Shown here: in pieces, positions 7,596 to 11,029 of the stretch
How the letters are laid out: each line of letters begins with the position of its first letter
Position numbering within the stretch: the first letter of the stretch is position 1
NCBI GenBank assembly: GCA_038150265.1
Contig: JAYOTF010000011.1
Span: 1-11,029, forward strand
DNA from: Deltaproteobacteria bacterium
GTDB taxonomy: Bacteria; SAR324; NAC60-12
DNA length: 11,029 bases
Reading direction: 5' to 3'
Notes under the pieces: model-generated
Told to the model about the DNA's origin: nothing
The model's database searches: none
What the model saw: the letters and a program-made list of their open reading frames with translations, nothing else
Position numbers and translations under genes: made by a program

Positions 7596-7620
7596 CGTTG
7601 TTCACATTTTTTCTTCCGGT

Positions 7621-7642
7621 AGCTTGATTTTTTATGCAAGCT
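7621..7642. promoter_or_regulatory. Operator-like palindrome AGCTTG-N10-CAAGCT
   Basis: Perfect 6-bp arms around an AT-rich 10-bp spacer, 22 bp upstream of the -35 box of the recombinase-like gene. Confidence 0.4.
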
Positions 7643-7664
7643 CACGGATGATTCGACTCACTTT

Positions 7665-7693
7665 TTGAAACGTTTGCAGAAACTCTTTAAATT
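7665..7693 (+). promoter_or_regulatory. Sigma-70 promoter for the recombinase-family gene
   Basis: TTGAAA (7665-7670) - 17 nt - TAAATT (7688-7693), each 5/6 or 4/6 to consensus, 39 nt before ATG 7733. Confidence 0.6.
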
Positions 7694-7732
7694 CCGCCAG
7701 CGCCTCTCACCGCCTCTACTGAAGAAAGAGCC

Positions 7733-8428
7733 ATGAACGCTTACGGCTACGTACGACTCAACACTCAGCACCAACGTCCGATTGACCTGGACCTGGAGCA
7801 ACAGCAGAACCTGATTCTTCATTATGCTGAGGAAAAAGGACTGAACGTGACGGCAGTGCTGACGGAGGAAGCGCCGACCAGCACCCAAGAGCTCCCGGGA
7901 ATCAAGGAGTTGCTTGAGTTGGCCTCAAAGGGGGAGCTGTCTGCACTGATCATCGCCCGACTGGATCGCCTGACCCGGAACATCCGGTTTTATGCCGATC
8001 TTCTGGACGTTTTCCGCAAACATAACGTCCGTTTGATTTCCATCAAGGAGGGGATTGATTCTGAGGACAAAGCGGGGCAGTTGGCGCTGGAAGCCCTGGT
8101 TCATGCCGCTCGGTGGGATGCCAAACGCATCTCGGACCGGACCAAGGAATTCATTGAGCGCAAGCGGTCTTATGGCGAGCGGGTCGGACACGCTCCTTAC
8201 GGGTTTCATTATGTCCGACGGAAGCTGCAACCCCTGAAGAAGGAAATTGCCACGGCGCTCTGGATTCGGGAAAAACGCCGGGAAGATTCCATGAGCTACC
8301 ACAGCATTGCCAAGCAGCTCAACACCCGGAAGACGCCGTCGAAGCGGGGAGGAAAGTGGTATGCCGAGACCGTGAAAGCGGTGTGCGAAAATCCGATCTA
8401 CGAGCCGTTTGAGGGCACGGCTCTGTAA
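7733..8428 (+). CDS. Serine recombinase family protein (resolvase domain plus recombinase DNA-binding domain), probably catalytically inactive
   Basis: 231 aa. Resolvase fold motifs YGYVRLNT, ARLDRLTRN, VRLISIKEGID and ISDRTKE. Recombinase-domain motifs APYGF and SYHSIAKQLN...KRGGKW...TVKAVCENPIY. No zinc ribbon or coiled coil. Residue 10 is Asn, not Ser. Confidence 0.85.
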   Translation: MNAYGYVRLNTQHQRPIDLDLEQQQNLILHYAEEKGLNVTAVLTEEAPTSTQELPGIKELLELASKGELSALIIARLDRLTRNIRFYADLLDVFRKHNVRLISIKEGIDSEDKAGQLALEALVHAARWDAKRISDRTKEFIERKRSYGERVGHAPYGFHYVRRKLQPLKKEIATALWIREKRREDSMSYHSIAKQLNTRKTPSKRGGKWYAETVKAVCENPIYEPFEGTAL

Positions 8429-9543
8429 GGGAGCGAGGCCTCTACATCCTGAAAGCCGGCTTCAATGCCCTGCCTTTCTTCCTGCAGAAAGCGCCCGATG
8501 GCGGCCCGGAACTGCGGGTGCTCAATCCAGTGGGCGCTGTACGTCAGTTCCGGTAAAAACCCGCGCTGAATCTTGTGGGGGCCCTGCGCTCCTGCTTCAA
8601 ACAAGCGGATGCCCTGCTCAATGGCATACTCGATCGCCTGATAGTAGCACACCTCAAAGTGCAGGCTCCGGAAGTCCTCCAGGCACCCCCAGTACCGCCC
8701 ATACAGGCAATCCCCCTTACGGTAGTTGATGGCGCCCGCCACCGGTTCCCCGTTGCAGGAGGCCAGCACCAGGAGCAGGTGCTCCCTCATGGTGGAAAAG
8801 ACCGTCTCAAAAAACCGGGGCGTCAGGTAAGGCGCCGCCCACTTGCGGTCAATGGTGCTCAGGTAGAATTCATAAAAAATGGAACTCAGCTCGGGCTGAA
8901 TGGCGTCTCCGGTGAGCCGCTCAATCACCACCTCCTGCTCCTGCACCTGCCGGCGTTCCCGGCGAATCTCCTTGCCCCGCTTCTGCTTCAGCGCCTTCAG
9001 GAAGGCGTCAAAGTCGGCATACCCCCGGTTCTTCCAATGAAACTGATAGCTGTGCCGGATCATCAATCCGGCCGCTTCGTATTCAGGAATTTCCTCAGGG
9101 GGAATGAAGAGGAAGTGCAGTGAGCTCGCCTGGCGCTGGGTCTGCTGCCGCATCGTCTCCAGCAGCAGGGGCACCACCTCCGTCCGATCAGCATCCGGGT
9201 GACAGAGGAGCTTCGGACCCGTCGCGGGAGTGAAGGGAATCGCGGAGGTCAGCTTGGGGTAGTAGCGCAGGCCGTTGCGCTGGTACGCATCGGCCCAGCC
9301 CCAGTCAAAGATGTACTCGCCGTTGCTGTTCGTCTTGAGGTAGAGCGGACAGGCGCCCACGAGTCGGGCCTCGTCCCATACCAGCACATGCCGAGGCTCC
9401 CAGCCGGCCTCCCACCCCACACTTCCGGACGTCTCCAGGGCACTCAGGAAGCGGTGCTCCAGAAAGGGAAACGACTCCCCGATCAAGGCGTTCCACGCAT
9501 CGGGAGAAACGTCCGCCAGTGCTGGGGCAATGGTGACCTGCAT
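8398..9543 (-). CDS. GNAT-family acyltransferase, FemAB-like (DUF482 type)
   Basis: ATG at 9543 preferred to the TTG at 9549. Motifs PFLEHRFLSALE, PLYLKTNSNGEYIFDWGWADAY, YYPKL..AIPFTPATGP, QFHWKNRGY, LYGRYWG, LHFEVCYYQAIE and FEAGAQGPHK..RGF. Confidence 0.92.
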   Translation of the reverse strand: MQVTIAPALADVSPDAWNALIGESFPFLEHRFLSALETSGSVGWEAGWEPRHVLVWDEARLVGACPLYLKTNSNGEYIFDWGWADAYQRNGLRYYPKLTSAIPFTPATGPKLLCHPDADRTEVVPLLLETMRQQTQRQASSLHFLFIPPEEIPEYEAAGLMIRHSYQFHWKNRGYADFDAFLKALKQKRGKEIRRERRQVQEQEVVIERLTGDAIQPELSSIFYEFYLSTIDRKWAAPYLTPRFFETVFSTMREHLLLVLASCNGEPVAGAINYRKGDCLYGRYWGCLEDFRSLHFEVCYYQAIEYAIEQGIRLFEAGAQGPHKIQRGFLPELTYSAHWIEHPQFRAAIGRFLQEERQGIEAGFQDVEASLPYRAVPSNGS

Positions 9544-9549
9544 GATCAA

Positions 9550-9690
9550 TCAAAAGGCAGAGTTGACGAGCGCCAGCAACAAGACAAACATCGCGCCTCC
9601 CACAAAAACCAGGTGCATGTAATACAGCAGCGGTGTCGAGGCTTTCAGGGTCTGCAAGACAGCTTTGTAGCGTTCAACCAGGGCGGGCAT
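9550..9690 (-). CDS. Small single-pass membrane protein, 46 aa (MPALVERYKAVLQTLKASTPLLYYMHLVFVGGAMFVLLLALVNSAF)
   Basis: Translated by hand because it is shorter than any ORF in the track. ATG at 9690 has GGAG 7 nt upstream. TGA at 9552-9550 ends 6 nt before the GNAT ATG. The C-terminal ~25 residues are hydrophobic, and the ORF fills the intergenic gap on the same strand as its neighbours. Confidence 0.72.
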   Translation of the reverse strand: MPALVERYKAVLQTLKASTPLLYYMHLVFVGGAMFVLLLALVNSAF

Positions 9691-9712
9691 TCCTCATCTC
9701 CAAGAAAATCGA

Positions 9713-9779
9713 CTGGAATCCGGACGTTTTTGAAACCGGAAGTTTCCAGCAGCATAACTGGGCTTTTCCAAAAAGCGAA
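9713..9779 (-). promoter_or_regulatory. Candidate weak promoter and leader hairpin upstream of the microprotein-GNAT pair
   Basis: Minus strand TTCGCT (9779-9774) - 17 nt - TATGCT (9756-9751). Hairpin arms are CTGGAA 9713-9718/TTCCAG 9744-9749 and TCCGG 9719-9723/CCGGA 9736-9740. Confidence 0.35.
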
Positions 9780-9787
9780 CCGGAATT

Positions 9788-10468
9788 TCAGGCCCCGGCC
9801 AGAGCCGCCAGCAACGCATCACGGTCCCAAACCGTCAGGGCAGGAGGCTGACGCTGCGTGAGGGGATTGCGTGTGCAGGAAGGCGCATGAGCCGCATCCA
9901 GAAAGCGATAGGGCAGGTCTTCATCGCGTCCAGACGGAATGCCCAGCCGAGGGGCCTGCACCACCTGCGTGGGAAGCGGTCCCGGATGCAACTCCAGGGC
10001 GCCGGGCTGCAGGCGTTGCTGATCCCACTCCGGCACCCGCAGCCCAAGGGCGCGGCAAAAGAGCGTCTGTCCTGAACAAAGCCGCTCCGGCTTCCGCAAC
10101 CGACCGCGGCAGGGATTGAGCTCCTGCATCCGCTGCAAACGCTTCCGATCCGGAGGGTTTCCCAGAAAGGGGACTCCGGACTTGATCAGCACGGCGTTTC
10201 CCTCTCCCCGACAGCTCAGGTTGAAGGAGTCGCCGCCTCGGGCGTAGTACATGTAAATGGTTCCGGGAGACTGAAAAAGAGCGGCGCGTTTGGGAGTCCA
10301 TCCGAGGGAGGCGTGGCTGCCCTTCTCTTCAAGAAAGTAGGCCTCGGTTTCAATGATCTGCGCGGCCAGCCAGTGCCCATTCACCTGGTGCCAGAGGACC
10401 TGCCCCAGCAGCTCCACGGCCACCACCCGGGCGTCGCGATCAAAGAACGCGTCCCCCCGGAGGGTCAC
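9788..10468 (-). CDS. mpg: DNA-3-methyladenine glycosylase (MPG/AAG family)
   Basis: 226 aa. Motifs FFDRDARVVAVELLG, IIETEAY, GSHAS, PGTIYMY, GNAVLIK, LCSGQ, PRLGI and PYRF. The GTG start overlaps the upstream stop (GTGA). Confidence 0.92.
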   Translation of the reverse strand: MTLRGDAFFDRDARVVAVELLGQVLWHQVNGHWLAAQIIETEAYFLEEKGSHASLGWTPKRAALFQSPGTIYMYYARGGDSFNLSCRGEGNAVLIKSGVPFLGNPPDRKRLQRMQELNPCRGRLRKPERLCSGQTLFCRALGLRVPEWDQQRLQPGALELHPGPLPTQVVQAPRLGIPSGRDEDLPYRFLDAAHAPSCTRNPLTQRQPPALTVWDRDALLAALAGA

Positions 10469-10875
10469 GGAGAGCGCTTGACCGGAGGGAGCTTCACCTG
10501 GCGGCGAGCGGCGACTTCCTGCTGCCGGAGGCGGCTGAGCTGCTCCCTGGAAATCGCAGGCAGGCTGGAAGCGGCCTGACGTCCCTGAGGGTTGGGGCTG
10601 GCCACCCGGATTCCGGAGGGCGCCAGCCGGTTGCGTCCAGACTCTTCTCGGATCACGGCAAACTCGAAGTAGCCGCTGGTGCGGTTCTTCACCGCAATAC
10701 GCGCCTCCTGGGTTTCTACCCAGTTGAAGAACTCATCCCCCCGCAGCTGCCCCCGAAAGGTGCTGCCATCCGGCTGCGTGAAGGTCCGGACGCCCGGAGC
10801 AGCCGGCACGGCCCAGCTCAAGCTGCTTCCCAGCAGCAGGGCGCTGACCAGTACGGTTCCCATCCAATTTTTCAT
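10465..10875 (-). CDS. Secreted 136-aa protein resembling the N-terminal prodomain of M6 (immune inhibitor A-like) metalloproteases
   Basis: Sec signal peptide MKNWMGTVLVSALLLGSSLSWA, followed by VPAAP...FTQPDGSTF...GDEFFNWVET...GYFEFA. I recognise this pattern from the N-terminus of M6-domain proteases. There is no HExxH. ATGA overlap with the upstream stop. Confidence 0.7.
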   Translation of the reverse strand: MKNWMGTVLVSALLLGSSLSWAVPAAPGVRTFTQPDGSTFRGQLRGDEFFNWVETQEARIAVKNRTSGYFEFAVIREESGRNRLAPSGIRVASPNPQGRQAASSLPAISREQLSRLRQQEVAARRQVKLPPVKRSP

Positions 10876-11029
10876 CTCGTTACCTGCAGGTTCATGTTGT
10901 CTCCGGGAGCACTGATGTTGGTCACATCAATTCCGCTGGAAGTGCTGTCCACCAGCTGGCTGTTCGGGTCTGAAGTGTCGGTAAACGCATCGTTGTTCCC
11001 CAGGTAAAACAGGTGCGTGGTGCGGCCCC
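10872..11029 (-). CDS. 3' end of a gene truncated by the window edge, probable M6-family metalloprotease C-terminus
   Basis: Hand translation of 11027-10872: GRTTHLFYLGNNDAFTDTSDPNSQLVDSTSSGIDVTNISAPGDNMNLQVTR*. The F..TS.PNS....SGI.VTNIS.PG..M pattern resembles the end of M6 protease domains. The catalytic motif lies outside the window. Confidence 0.62.
   Translation of the reverse strand, partial: GRTTHLFYLGNNDAFTDTSDPNSQLVDSTSSGIDVTNISAPGDNMNLQVTR

Noticed and set aside
7441..7598. 8-bp direct repeat ATGTCCGT at 7441-7448 and 7591-7598 as a possible target-site duplication around a MITE
   Set aside because: The inverted repeats do not abut both copies, the second copy is part of the stem itself, and one 8-mer match can arise by chance. 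A search for other genomic copies would settle it.
5669..7645. 658-aa minus-strand ORF, the longest in the track
   Set aside because: It is an antisense shadow of the Anbu and denD-like genes, which have clear family motifs. It has no recognisable domain and starts in AT-rich non-coding sequence. Long antisense frames are common with GC-rich codon usage.
7441..8428. Active mobile element (IS607, Tn3 resolvase module or prophage integrase)
   Set aside because: There is no transposase, TnpB, phage gene or terminal repeat pair. The protein lacks the N-terminal HTH of IS607 TnpA and lacks the catalytic Ser.

Overview
A bacterial chromosomal window, mostly GC-rich, with AT-rich intergenic stretches at about 2260-2370 and 7441-7730. 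In order it holds: an FAH-family (XylX-like) sugar-acid dehydratase gene (+); a convergent small transaldolase-family gene (-) with fructose-6-phosphate-aldolase-type active-site residues; a consensus sigma-54 promoter with an IHF site and candidate enhancer sites driving the four-gene Anbu operon (circularly permuted ATP-grasp, alpha-E, transglutaminase-like, Anbu proteasome-like Ntn protease), followed closely by a denD-like dehydrogenase; a ~120-175 nt nested inverted-repeat element that may be a structured ncRNA; and a 231-aa serine-recombinase-family gene whose catalytic Ser10 position is Asn and which has lost other active-site residues. A minus-strand run follows, in transcription order: the C-terminus of a probable M6-type metalloprotease, a stand-alone secreted M6-prodomain-like protein, an MPG-family 3-methyladenine glycosylase, a 46-aa membrane microprotein missing from the ORF track, and a DUF482/FemAB-like GNAT. 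The strongest novelty candidate is the apparently catalytically dead serine recombinase next to a structured non-coding element. The split protease/prodomain pair is second. All family assignments come from motif recognition by eye; no database search was run.
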